DNA from: Candidatus Brennerbacteria bacterium | GTDB taxonomy: Bacteria; Patescibacteriota; Minisyncoccia; UBA6257; GWB1-50-10 | Assembly: GCA_043799565.1 (NCBI GenBank) | Contig: JAZDNP010000004.1 | Span: 1 to 57,816 of the forward strand | Direction: 5' to 3' | Length of the DNA stretch: 57,816 nucleotides | Shown here: positions 1-7,554 of the stretch, in pieces | How positions within the stretch are numbered: position 1 is the stretch's first letter | Layout of the letters: each line of letters starts with the position of its first letter | Translations under genes and position numbers: made by a program | Notes under the pieces: model-generated | The model's database searches: none | What the model saw: only the letters and a program-made list of their open reading frames with translations | What the model was told of the DNA's origin: nothing

Positions 1-1
1 A

Positions 2-1819
2 ATGCGAGCCGTAATTTATGCTCGTGTCTCTACCGAGGAACAGGCCAAGCATAACTTCAGCTTGGAGTCGCAAGTCGATCTATCTAGAAAATGGGTCACC
101 GACCACCACTTCAAATTGGCCTGTGAACCATTCGTCGATGCTGGTGAGTCAGCCAAGACTATGAATCGTAAAGCTCTGGTCAGACTTTTGGAATACTGCC
201 GGACACATAAAGGTAAAGTAGATGCTGTTCTGATTTATAAAATAGACCGCATTGCCCGAAACATGGCAGACCATGTTGCGATCCGGTCCCTCCTTAGCCA
301 GTACGGCGTAAGAATTTACTCGGTGACCGAACCGATCGGTGGTGACAATTCCACCAGCAAACTTTTGGAAAATGTCATGGCCTCATTTGCTCAGTTTGAT
401 AACGATGCTAAAAGCGAGCGCACCAAAGACGGCATAAATAAAAGAGTGAGCAAGGGCGAGATCTCCTGGGTCGCTCCGGTTGGCTACAACAATGTCATGA
501 AGCCGGGCGGATACAAAACCATCGTACCTGATCCGGAACGTGCGCCGATGGTGAAAAAACTTTTTGAGGAATACGCGAAAGGTATTTATAAAGAGTCGGA
601 AATTACTCGAATGGCAAATAAATTAGGATTCACCACTATCAAAGGCAATAAGATAAGACAACAGGTAATCCATAAGATGCTCCGAAGCAAAATCTATACC
701 GGAACATTTATGCATAAAGGTAAAGAAAACCAGGGTGTGTTTGAACCACTGATCACTACCGAACTATTTGAACGGGTCCAGTTTTATATACGCACTAAAA
801 GCGGCCGACTCACTAACCATCCGAAACGTGCGCTCAATCCGGACTTTCCTCTGCGAGTCACTGCCCGGTGCGTGTGCGGTGGCAGGTTTACCGGAAGCTG
901 GTCACGAGGCCAGCTGGGTGGACGCTATGCCTATTACCACTGTGCTAAATGCCACAAGAAAAGCGTCAAGAAAGAAGTGTTCGAGGAACATTTCATGGAA
1001 TTTCTTACCCGGCTTGCTCCCAAGAAAGAGGAAATGGGAATGTTCAGATCTTTAATTATTGATTATTGGGAAGGCAAGCACACTGAACTCAATACCGACA
1101 TAGCTACCATCGACCGGAATATCGAGAAAGTCGAGGAGGAGAAAGTGCGAGTTGTCGACCTCACCAAGCAAGGAGTCTTTGATGCCGAGACCGCCAAGGA
1201 GGAGCTAGACCGGATCAAAGAGAAAATAACCGTACTCCGATTAAACAGAAACGACTTACAAATCGAGGAGTTCGACGTAGAATCCTGCGTCAACTACTGC
1301 CTGTACTTTATGGTCAATATTTACAAGCTTTGGTACGAGGTAAAACTGACCGACAAGATCAAGTTTCAAGAGATGATTTTTCCAGAAGGCGTTTTATACG
1401 ACTATTCAGCATTTGGAACCACAAAAACAGCCCATATTTACACGCTTAAACAGCTAATTGATACTCCAAATTCTACTATGGTGCCCTCGAGAGGAATCGA
1501 ACCTCTATTACAAGATCCGCAATCTTGCGTCCTATCCGTTGAACGACGAGGGCCGTTCGAAGTTACGCGCTATAAAAGTAACGTATTGCGTAACCTAACG
1601 CAACTTCCTTGCGGGATACATAAGAAGATAACTCTACTACTTCGAACGGCCCGAGGGCGTCTTACAATCCGAGCCAGTCCGCAAATATGTCCAAAAGCGA
1701 TTCCTGGTATTCTTCCTCAGGAAGCCTTTCCGCAAGGAGAGCGCGCGCACGTTTCGCGGTTTCTCGATCCGCGGGGATGCGGAGATAGGGGTTCACATAT
1801 GCGTTTTGTTTCACGATAA
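2..1819 (+). CDS. large serine recombinase; the ORF tail after about nt 1480 reads through a tRNA gene and is probably not part of the functional protein
   Basis: N-terminus MRAVIYARVSTEEQ (catalytic Ser motif) and IYKIDRIARN. Cys-rich CVCGG...YYHCAKC zinc-ribbon-like block, then a coiled-coil-like EKVEEEKVRVVDLTKQ...KEKITVLRL. No stop codon until 1819. Confidence 0.85.
   Translation: MRAVIYARVSTEEQAKHNFSLESQVDLSRKWVTDHHFKLACEPFVDAGESAKTMNRKALVRLLEYCRTHKGKVDAVLIYKIDRIARNMADHVAIRSLLSQYGVRIYSVTEPIGGDNSTSKLLENVMASFAQFDNDAKSERTKDGINKRVSKGEISWVAPVGYNNVMKPGGYKTIVPDPERAPMVKKLFEEYAKGIYKESEITRMANKLGFTTIKGNKIRQQVIHKMLRSKIYTGTFMHKGKENQGVFEPLITTELFERVQFYIRTKSGRLTNHPKRALNPDFPLRVTARCVCGGRFTGSWSRGQLGGRYAYYHCAKCHKKSVKKEVFEEHFMEFLTRLAPKKEEMGMFRSLIIDYWEGKHTELNTDIATIDRNIEKVEEEKVRVVDLTKQGVFDAETAKEELDRIKEKITVLRLNRNDLQIEEFDVESCVNYCLYFMVNIYKLWYEVKLTDKIKFQEMIFPEGVLYDYSAFGTTKTAHIYTLKQLIDTPNSTMVPSRGIEPLLQDPQSCVLSVERRGPFEVTRYKSNVLRNLTQLPCGIHKKITLLLRTARGRLTIRASPQICPKAIPGILPQEAFPQGERAHVSRFLDPRGCGDRGSHMRFVSR
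1479..1553 (-). tRNA. tRNA-Arg(GCG), CCA encoded
   Basis: Hand-folded cloverleaf. Acceptor GCCCTCG/CGAGGGC, T-arm AGAGG-TTCGATT-CCTCT, anticodon arm CAAGA-TTGCGGA-TCTTG, 3' ACCA. Confidence 0.85.
1550..1653. repeat. 14-bp inverted repeat (GGGCCGTTCGAAGT / ACTTCGAACGGCCC) enclosing about 76 nt; MITE-like hairpin abutting the 5' end of tRNA-Arg
   Basis: Perfect 14-bp arms at 1550-1563 and 1640-1653. The 7-nt tRNA 5' acceptor string (plus-strand CGAGGGC) occurs at 1547-1553 and again at 1653-1659. Confidence 0.6.
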
Positions 1820-2153
1820 GTTCATGGAGCGCATCCTTCCGTTCTCGAAGCGAGAACGATTCCAGGCGCTCAAATGCGAAGAATTTTTCTCCGATACCAA
1901 CGCCTTCGGCGGTTATCCTGAATTCAAAAACTTTTGGACGGCGCTTGCCGAAGTTTGCGAGGATAATGCCCGCAAGCGCCACAAAAATCGCAAAGAAATA
2001 GTTTGCTTGCCAGAGCGCGATGATGAAAAGAAGGAGTGCGAGCCCCCCGATCGTGAGGTACCACACGACATCCTTTTCCACGTACTCGTGCTCTGCCGCA
2101 CTCCATGAGAGCTCTTTCGGTACGTGTATTTCCTTTTCTGTTTTTTCTTTCAT
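1662..2153 (-). CDS. hypothetical membrane protein (two TM helices, then a soluble domain)
   Basis: 163-aa ORF with hydrophobic stretch WYLTIGGLALLLFIIALWQANYFFAIFVALAGIILANF. Coding-like composition. No family recognised. Confidence 0.55.
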   Translation of the reverse strand: MKEKTEKEIHVPKELSWSAAEHEYVEKDVVWYLTIGGLALLLFIIALWQANYFFAIFVALAGIILANFGKRRPKVFEFRITAEGVGIGEKFFAFERLESFSLRERKDALHELIVKQNAYVNPYLRIPADRETAKRARALLAERLPEEEYQESLLDIFADWLGL

Positions 2154-2156
2154 GTA

Positions 2157-2174
2157 CTTGTAGCCCCAAGGAGA
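2157..2174 (-). repeat. orphan copy of the tRNA-Glu 3' end (trailer + discriminator + acceptor 3' strand + T-stem)
   Basis: 18-nt CTTGTAGCCCCAAGGAGA is identical to 2308-2325. It lies 4 nt upstream of the start codon of the 1662..2153 gene. Confidence 0.8.
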
Positions 2175-2311
2175 GATCGGCTTTAACTCAATTATGCGTC
2201 GTCACGCATAATCGGTCTAGCCACCGCCTCGCGTACCGTTCTGCCAAACGGCACAAGCTCCGGCGCTCGATTCTCCACGCGAGCCAAGCAGTTGGCTCGC
2301 TTTGGTTCTTG

Positions 2312-2383
2312 TAGCCCCAAGGAGAATCGAACTCCTGTTTATTCCGTGAAAGGGAATTGTCCTAACCACTAGACGATGGGGCC
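2312..2383 (-). tRNA. tRNA-Glu(TTC)
   Basis: GGCCCCATCGTCTAGTGGTTAGGAC...; anticodon arm ATTCC-CTTTCAC-GGAAT; T-arm AGGAG-TTCGATT-CTCCT. No encoded CCA. Confidence 0.9.
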
Positions 2384-2393
2384 TTTAAAATTC

Positions 2394-2416
2394 TGCGGAG
2401 GCGGAAGGCACTCGAA
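2394..2416 (-). repeat. orphan copy of the tRNA-Ser 3' end
   Basis: TGCGGAGGCGGAAGG (2394-2408) is identical to 2589-2603. The next 8 nt match 6/8 (CACTCGAAC vs ATTCGAAC region). The T-stem partner is missing, so this is not a functional tRNA. Confidence 0.75.
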
Positions 2417-2590
2417 CATCGCTCGTATCCACTCGCTCTCCGAAACCCTTCGGTTTCAGTACTTCCGGTACGGGAAACCTCTCCTCTGCGGTTTCCCGGC
2501 CCCTTCCCTGTTCGAATCTTTCCCGCGTCACAATCAATTGTGCCGCTCGCCTCTCGTAAAATCAAATCCGCCTTTCGGCGGATTATTTTG

Positions 2591-2677
2591 CGGAGGCGGA
2601 AGGATTCGAACCTTCGAGGGGATTGCTCCCCTAACATCTTAGCAGGATGCTGCCTTAAACCACTCGGCCACGCCTCC
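2591..2677 (-). tRNA. tRNA-Ser(GCT), long variable arm
   Basis: GGAGGCGTGGCCGAGTGGTTTAAGGCAGCATC-CTGCTAA-GATGT, variable arm GGGGAGCAATCCCC, T-arm GAAGG-TTCGAAT-CCTTC. Confidence 0.9.
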
Positions 2678-2741
2678 TTCGCACAGAACGTGTTGTGTTT
2701 ATAACATTTCTCTGTTACGGTTACAACATTCTTACTTCACC

Positions 2742-4178
2742 ATGACGGAGAAACGACCTCCCGTTGTGGCGATCTTGGGACACGTAGACCATGGGAAAAC
2801 CACTCTCCTCGACTTCATCCGTAAGGCGAACGTAGCGGCACGGGAGGCGGGCGGCATCACCCAGTCGGTCGGTGCTTACGAAATCGCCCACAACGGCAAA
2901 AAGATAACGTTCATTGATACGCCCGGCCACGAGGCGTTTTCCTCTATGCGGAGTCACGGCGCAAAAGTGGCCGATCTTTGCGTCCTTGTGGTTGCGGCGG
3001 ACGACGGTGTGAGGCCGCAAACGAAGGACGCACTCTCCGCGATTACTGTGGCCGAGACGCCCTACATCATCGCGGTGAATAAAGTGGACAAGCCGAGCGC
3101 GAACGTGGAAAAGGTGAAACAGGAACTCTCGGCCAATGGCGTGCAGTTGGAGGGGTACGGAGGTTCCGTTACCTGGCAGGCGGTATCAGCAAAGACCGGT
3201 GAGGGGGTTTCCGAGCTTTTGGACCTCATTCTTCTCGCTACGGACATGCTAGATCTCACATGGGACAAAAGTGCGCCTGCGTCTGGCATCGTGCTCTCAA
3301 GCCGGATTGATGCGCGCCGCGGGGTGTTGGTCGGCGTGGTGTTGAAGAATGGCGTGCTCGCGCAGGGAGAACTTATCACCACCGAAACCGCGAAGGGGAA
3401 GGTGAAGGCATTTGAGGATTTTATGGGGAAGCGCGTGAAAGAATTGTCACCTTCCGCCCCCGCGCTTATTGGCGGTTTTGAAACGGCACCCCAAGTCGGC
3501 GAAGTATTCGTTGCGGGAAGCGGTGCGGGAGCAGGTGAGCTCTATAAAGGAGCGTTGCCCGCAAAAGTTCAGCTTCGCGCAGGCGAAATATCTGCGAAAG
3601 TTGCGGAAGGAATGCCGCTGATTTTGAAGGCCGACGAATCCGGTTCACTGGAAGCGCTCGTGGCGGTGGTCCAAAAAATATCCCGTGAATTTCCTTGCCG
3701 CATCGTGGAGAAAAGCGTGGGCAATATCTATGAAGGCGACGTGAAGTTGGCGGAGAGCACGGGGGCGACCATTCTTGGGTTTGGTATCAAAGCGGACCGC
3801 GCGGCGGAAAATCTTGCGGAAGGGAAGAAAGTGATGATTGAGATCGCTACGATCATTTACGAACTTGAGAAATTCCTGCGCGAGCGGCTCGTCGGCGAGA
3901 AGAAAGAGGAGCTCGCAAAACTTGAGATACTCGCGGTATTTGGGGTTGGCAAGGGCGAAGAACAGATTGTGGGTGGTCGCATCGCAGAAGGGACGGTGAA
4001 GAACCGCACGCTTTTTACGGTGCTTCGGGGTGGGCGGAAGGTGGGCGAGGGGCAGGTTACAAACCTTCAATCCAAGAAAAAGAACGTATCCGAGGCGGGC
4101 GCGGGAATTGAAGTGGGACTTTTGGTTGAAAGCTCTGCAACTATTGAAAAAGGCGATGTGTTGAACTTCGCTTCATAA
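2742..4178 (+). CDS. infB: translation initiation factor IF-2 (short form, starts directly at the G domain)
   Basis: GHVDHGKTTLLD, DTPGHEAF and NKVD GTPase motifs. 478 aa. Followed by rbfA as in the canonical operon. Confidence 0.9.
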   Translation: MTEKRPPVVAILGHVDHGKTTLLDFIRKANVAAREAGGITQSVGAYEIAHNGKKITFIDTPGHEAFSSMRSHGAKVADLCVLVVAADDGVRPQTKDALSAITVAETPYIIAVNKVDKPSANVEKVKQELSANGVQLEGYGGSVTWQAVSAKTGEGVSELLDLILLATDMLDLTWDKSAPASGIVLSSRIDARRGVLVGVVLKNGVLAQGELITTETAKGKVKAFEDFMGKRVKELSPSAPALIGGFETAPQVGEVFVAGSGAGAGELYKGALPAKVQLRAGEISAKVAEGMPLILKADESGSLEALVAVVQKISREFPCRIVEKSVGNIYEGDVKLAESTGATILGFGIKADRAAENLAEGKKVMIEIATIIYELEKFLRERLVGEKKEELAKLEILAVFGVGKGEEQIVGGRIAEGTVKNRTLFTVLRGGRKVGEGQVTNLQSKKKNVSEAGAGIEVGLLVESSATIEKGDVLNFAS

Positions 4179-4185
4179 CGTTTCT

Positions 4186-4479
4186 ATGCGCCCCTATCGC
4201 AATCTAAAAATGGAGGACCTGATTGAAGAGGAATTGGGCAAGCTCATCACGCGCGAGGTATATGTGGAAGGCGCGCTTATCACCATTACCGACGTGTTCA
4301 TTACGCCCGATTTATTGCAGGCAAAGGTGAAGCTTGGTATCATCCCTAAAGCGAAGGAATTGGAGGGTTTTCTCACGGTGGAAAAGAAGTTGCCGGCACT
4401 GCGTCACGCATTAGTACGAAAAATGAACGTGAAGCCGATGCCGCGCCTCTCTTTTTCACTCGATACGAAGAAGGAATAA
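4186..4479 (+). CDS. rbfA: ribosome-binding factor A
   Basis: 97 aa, lies directly after infB. EELGKLITREV...ITITDVFITPDLLQAKV pattern is typical of RbfA. Confidence 0.8.
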   Translation: MRPYRNLKMEDLIEEELGKLITREVYVEGALITITDVFITPDLLQAKVKLGIIPKAKELEGFLTVEKKLPALRHALVRKMNVKPMPRLSFSLDTKKE

Positions 4480-4499
4480 CTCCGCGCGCTTCTCTATAA

Positions 4500-4520
4500 G
4501 AGCTGTCCAGCTCTTTTTTG
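4500..4520 (+). terminator. rho-independent terminator after rbfA
   Basis: GAGCT-GTCC-AGCTC hairpin followed by TTTTTT. Confidence 0.6.
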
Positions 4521-4564
4521 GTTTTGTAGTTGCAGGGTATTTCATTACCACTTATAATTCGGAT

Positions 4565-5299
4565 GTGGGGATTAAATACCACGTGGACGAAAAATTCTTT
4601 GACGGATGGAGTCCTATCATGGCCTACGTGTTGGGGTATTTCTATGCCGATGGGAGTATGTATCCGTCTGTACGAGGCAAATACATCGTGGTAACGAGTA
4701 TAGATCGCTCTACTATCTTGAAGATCAAAAAATGGCTCCACTCCCATCATACGGTCCGTGAAGAATCTTCGACATGGGCGAACGGCAAGAAACGATACAT
4801 ACTCAGGATAGGAAACGCCGCGCTTTATGAGGCATTGAAGTTGCGCGGACTTTACCCAAACAAATCCCTTACCATTAAAATACCGACTATTCCACGTAAA
4901 TTTCTAAAAGACTTCGTTCGAGGTTATTTCGATGGCGATGGATGCGTATACTTGTACCGATCAGCTGGAATTTCTCAACTGCTAATTCTTCGTAAGCTCT
5001 CGATCATATTTACGAGCGGAAGCAAACGTTTTCTCATAGGATTACTCGCACAATTAAAGAAAGAATTGCCATTAAACCAGAAAAACATTTATCGGGGGCA
5101 ACGATCGTTTCAGCTCCGGTTGTCCACCGGAGATAGCGTGTCGCTGTTCAAGTTTATGTATGGAGGGGTTAAATCCGATGTATTCCTCCGGAGAAAATAC
5201 GATACGTTTTCCAGATATTTTAAATTGCGACCACAGCGGATTGATGGGGAGGTGAAAGCCGTACTACAATTCATAGGCAATGGCCACGTGGCGAAGTAG
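4565..5299 (+). CDS. LAGLIDADG homing endonuclease, double-motif, free-standing
   Basis: Two motifs: YVLGYFYADGSMY and FVRGYFDGDGCVY. By eye more A/T-rich than its neighbours. The last 18 nt overlap tRNA-Cys. Confidence 0.85.
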   Translation: MGIKYHVDEKFFDGWSPIMAYVLGYFYADGSMYPSVRGKYIVVTSIDRSTILKIKKWLHSHHTVREESSTWANGKKRYILRIGNAALYEALKLRGLYPNKSLTIKIPTIPRKFLKDFVRGYFDGDGCVYLYRSAGISQLLILRKLSIIFTSGSKRFLIGLLAQLKKELPLNQKNIYRGQRSFQLRLSTGDSVSLFKFMYGGVKSDVFLRRKYDTFSRYFKLRPQRIDGEVKAVLQFIGNGHVAK

Positions 5300-5354
5300 C
5301 AAACGCGGCGGTCTGCAAAACCGCTATTCATGGGTGCAAATCCCATCGTGGCCT
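5282..5354 (+). tRNA. tRNA-Cys(GCA)
   Basis: Acceptor GGCCACG/CGTGGCC, anticodon arm GCGGT-CTGCAAA-ACCGC, discriminator T. T-loop is TGCAAAT (G at position 55). Confidence 0.85.
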
Positions 5355-5359
5355 CAAAT

Positions 5360-5557
5360 ATGAAATTCCCACCGAAAAAGAAGGATGCGTATATTCTCGA
5401 TAATACACAGGACAGAAGAATATTTCGGAAGCTGGGAAAGTTTAAATTTCACAAACTCTCTCTAAGAGAAGAGGAACTTATAAAGTTTTTATACTCTCAA
5501 CTTGAACGTGATTGGCGTACACCTCTTGAGAAATTTATCAATAACTTGCTAAAGTAA
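5360..5557 (+). CDS. small hypothetical protein (65 aa, basic, A/T-rich gene)
   Basis: ORF in the track trimmed to the ATG at 5360 (MKFPPKKKDAY...). Lies between tRNA-Cys and tRNA-Leu. No family recognised. Confidence 0.4.
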   Translation: MKFPPKKKDAYILDNTQDRRIFRKLGKFKFHKLSLREEELIKFLYSQLERDWRTPLEKFINNLLK

Positions 5558-5563
5558 GCACGG

Positions 5564-5646
5564 GTCCGGGTGGCGGAATGGTTTACGCAGGGGACTTAAA
5601 ATCCCTGACCCGAAAGGGTTTGTGGGTTCGACTCCCACCCCGGACA
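5564..5646 (+). tRNA. tRNA-Leu(TAA)
   Basis: GTCCGGGTGGCGGAATGG..., anticodon arm GGGGA-CTTAAAA-TCCCT, long variable arm, T-arm GTGGG-TTCGACT-CCCAC. Confidence 0.9.
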
Positions 5647-5689
5647 CAAAAGTTTGAAGATTTTTTTTCTGTGGGGTAGCATATCATGC

Positions 5690-5881
5690 ATGCAGGGAAA
5701 GGTAATCACTGCACTCGTGGGGCTCTTGATAATTGCGGTTCTTTTGTATGTACTGCTCTCCTCGCTCGCGCCCATCGGCCGTAGCCCGGCAACTGGCGAG
5801 GTGGAGGGAATCAGCGCTCCCCGCGGACCGGTAGGGGATCCGTTTGTGAATGGCCCTATCCCTCCTCCGCCGGAAAATTAA
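5690..5881 (+). CDS. small hypothetical membrane protein
   Basis: ATG-trimmed ORF MQGKVITALVGLLIIAVLLYVLLSSL... with one TM helix and a Pro-rich tail. Confidence 0.4.
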   Translation: MQGKVITALVGLLIIAVLLYVLLSSLAPIGRSPATGEVEGISAPRGPVGDPFVNGPIPPPPEN

Positions 5882-5885
5882 GAAT

Positions 5886-5974
5886 GCGGCCATGGTTCCC
5901 GCCCAAAACGAAGTATTGTGGCGGGTCCGCCTGAATGTCCGCCTTCGGCGGCTTTCGGCGGATAGTGGCAGGAT
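5886..5974 (+). pseudogene. orphan 5' part of tRNA-Gly (nt 1-12 and 13-24) split by a 65-nt hairpin-rich insert
   Basis: GCGGCCATGGTT (5886-5897) equals 6251-6262. TAGTGGCAGGAT (5963-5974) matches 6263-6274 at 11/12. The two blocks are contiguous in the intact tRNA. Confidence 0.75.
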
Positions 5975-5983
5975 GAACTAATA

Positions 5984-6265
5984 ATGTTTTACACGTACGT
6001 TTTGCTATGTGAAGACAGCGCGCGAGGTCGGCGAAAACTTTATGTCGGTTCGACCGATGATTTACACGCCCGTCTCCGAGAACATGAATCGGGGAATGTG
6101 AAAACTACAAAAAGCTTTAGCAAGGTATCGTTAGTGTATTATGAGGCATGCAGGAACAAAAAGGACGCAAAAAAGCGGGAGCTGCAGTTGAAAACAGGCT
6201 TTGGAAGGGGTTACATTAAGAAGCGGATAGAAAGTGACTTAGATAAAGAAGCGGCCATGGTTTAG
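5984..6265 (+). CDS. small GIY-YIG nuclease family protein (93 aa)
   Basis: FYTYVLLC...KLYVGSTDDLHARLREH...YYEAC...KRELQLK pattern (GIY / YIG / Arg / Glu). The last 5 codons overlap the tRNA-Gly 5' end. Confidence 0.85.
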   Translation: MFYTYVLLCEDSARGRRKLYVGSTDDLHARLREHESGNVKTTKSFSKVSLVYYEACRNKKDAKKRELQLKTGFGRGYIKKRIESDLDKEAAMV

Positions 6266-6321
6266 TGGCAGAATACGACCTTGCCAAGGTTGAGACTCGG
6301 GTTCGATTCCCGATGGCCGCA
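6251..6321 (+). tRNA. tRNA-Gly(GCC)
   Basis: GCGGCCATGGTTTAGTGGCAGAATA-CGACC-TTGCCAA-GGTTG, T-arm TCGGG-TTCGATT-CCCGA, acceptor TGGCCGC. Confidence 0.9.
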
Positions 6322-6375
6322 CAAAGCAAAAACTACCAGAAAGGGTACTATAATTAATTATAGTACCCTTTCTGG

Positions 6376-7554
6376 TTACGATATCCTAACCTTTACGAAT
6401 TTTTTCTTCCCTATCTTTAATATGTCGCCATCCCGAATCTCTATCTTTGGGTCGCGTGCCGTTTCACCATTTCGCTTAATTGCACTTTGTGAGAAGAGGC
6501 GTACGGCTTCACTGTTGGAACCCACGCCGGCTGCACGGACGGCCTCCAAGAGTGTCGCACCCTGTTTCACCTTTACCGTATCAACATTGTTCGGCGTTTC
6601 TTTTTTTGAGAACGTTCGTATCCACTCCTCGCGTGCCTTCGCGGCGGCTTTCTGATTGTGATAAAGCTTCACCACTTCGTACGCGAGCGAAAGCTTCGCG
6701 TCGCGCGGATTGCCGTCCCGCTCCATCATTTTTTCAATGTCTTCTATCGCCATCTCGGTGCAAAATTCTGCAACTGGCCTGATTCCTTCATCGGGGAGCG
6801 CCATCAATTTACCGAACATATCATTTGGCTTGTCGTCCAAGCTGATGAGCCCACCCTCACTCTTGTTCATAAGTTTCTTTCCCGTCCTCGGATTTTCCAA
6901 AAGCTTGGTAGTGACAACGAATTTTTCCTTGTTTTTGTATTCACGGAGGAGCTTGCGTCCGGCGAGCATATTGAAGGTTTGGTCGGTGCCGCCAATTTCC
7001 ACGTCCACGTCAAGCGCGACGGAATCGTACCCTTGCATCAAGGGATATAGGAATTCGTGGAGACCGATGGGCTTATCGTTTCTTTTTCTCTCTTGGAACA
7101 TGTCCCGCTCCACCATTTGCTGCTCGGTGAAGTGTGAAGCGAGTTCAATAAGTTTCTCAAACGTCATCTTCGCGTGCCATTTGGAGTTGAATGCGAGTTT
7201 TGCGGCGTTGGTCCCCGAAAAGTTAATTATTTTCGCTGCCTGCTTTTTAAACGTCTTGAGGTTTTGCTTTACCTCGCTTGCGGTGAGCGGCTTGCGTGCC
7301 GCAAGTTTGTCGGTAGGGTCGCCGATGCGTGCGGTGAAGTCGCCGATGAGGAGAATAACTTTATGTCCAAGCGCCTGGAATCTCCGGAGCACGAGAAGGT
7401 TTGTCGCGTGGCCCAAGTGGAGGTGGGGGCCGGTCGGGTCCACACCGAGGTAGACAGTCAGTTTTTTTCCCGACGAGAGCGCTTTTTCAAACGCCTCGCG
7501 CGAAGGGTATATGGTATCAACCGAACGAGTCAGAAGATTGTTGAGCGCGTCCAT
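6376..7554 (-). CDS. tyrS: tyrosyl-tRNA synthetase
   Basis: HLHLGH (HIGH) and KMNKS (KMSKS) motifs. GDFTARIGDPTDK. C-terminal S4-like region. Start trimmed to the ATG at 7554, because the track start at 7584 is TTG. Confidence 0.85.
   Translation of the reverse strand: MDALNNLLTRSVDTIYPSREAFEKALSSGKKLTVYLGVDPTGPHLHLGHATNLLVLRRFQALGHKVILLIGDFTARIGDPTDKLAARKPLTASEVKQNLKTFKKQAAKIINFSGTNAAKLAFNSKWHAKMTFEKLIELASHFTEQQMVERDMFQERKRNDKPIGLHEFLYPLMQGYDSVALDVDVEIGGTDQTFNMLAGRKLLREYKNKEKFVVTTKLLENPRTGKKLMNKSEGGLISLDDKPNDMFGKLMALPDEGIRPVAEFCTEMAIEDIEKMMERDGNPRDAKLSLAYEVVKLYHNQKAAAKAREEWIRTFSKKETPNNVDTVKVKQGATLLEAVRAAGVGSNSEAVRLFSQSAIKRNGETARDPKIEIRDGDILKIGKKKFVKVRIS

Noticed and set aside
1480-1819. C-terminal ~110 codons of the 605-aa recombinase ORF, considered as real protein.
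   Set aside because: This part is antisense to tRNA-Arg, to a hairpin element and to the 3' end of the 1662..2153 gene. Its low-complexity Arg/Pro-rich translation looks like read-through rather than a domain.
2409-2588. Considered SRP RNA, RNase P RNA or tmRNA for the hairpin-rich spacer between tRNA-Ser and tRNA-Glu.
   Set aside because: I could not find the SRP domain IV motifs, the RNase P conserved strings or a tmRNA-like 5' end. It is kept only as an unresolved structured spacer in the findings.
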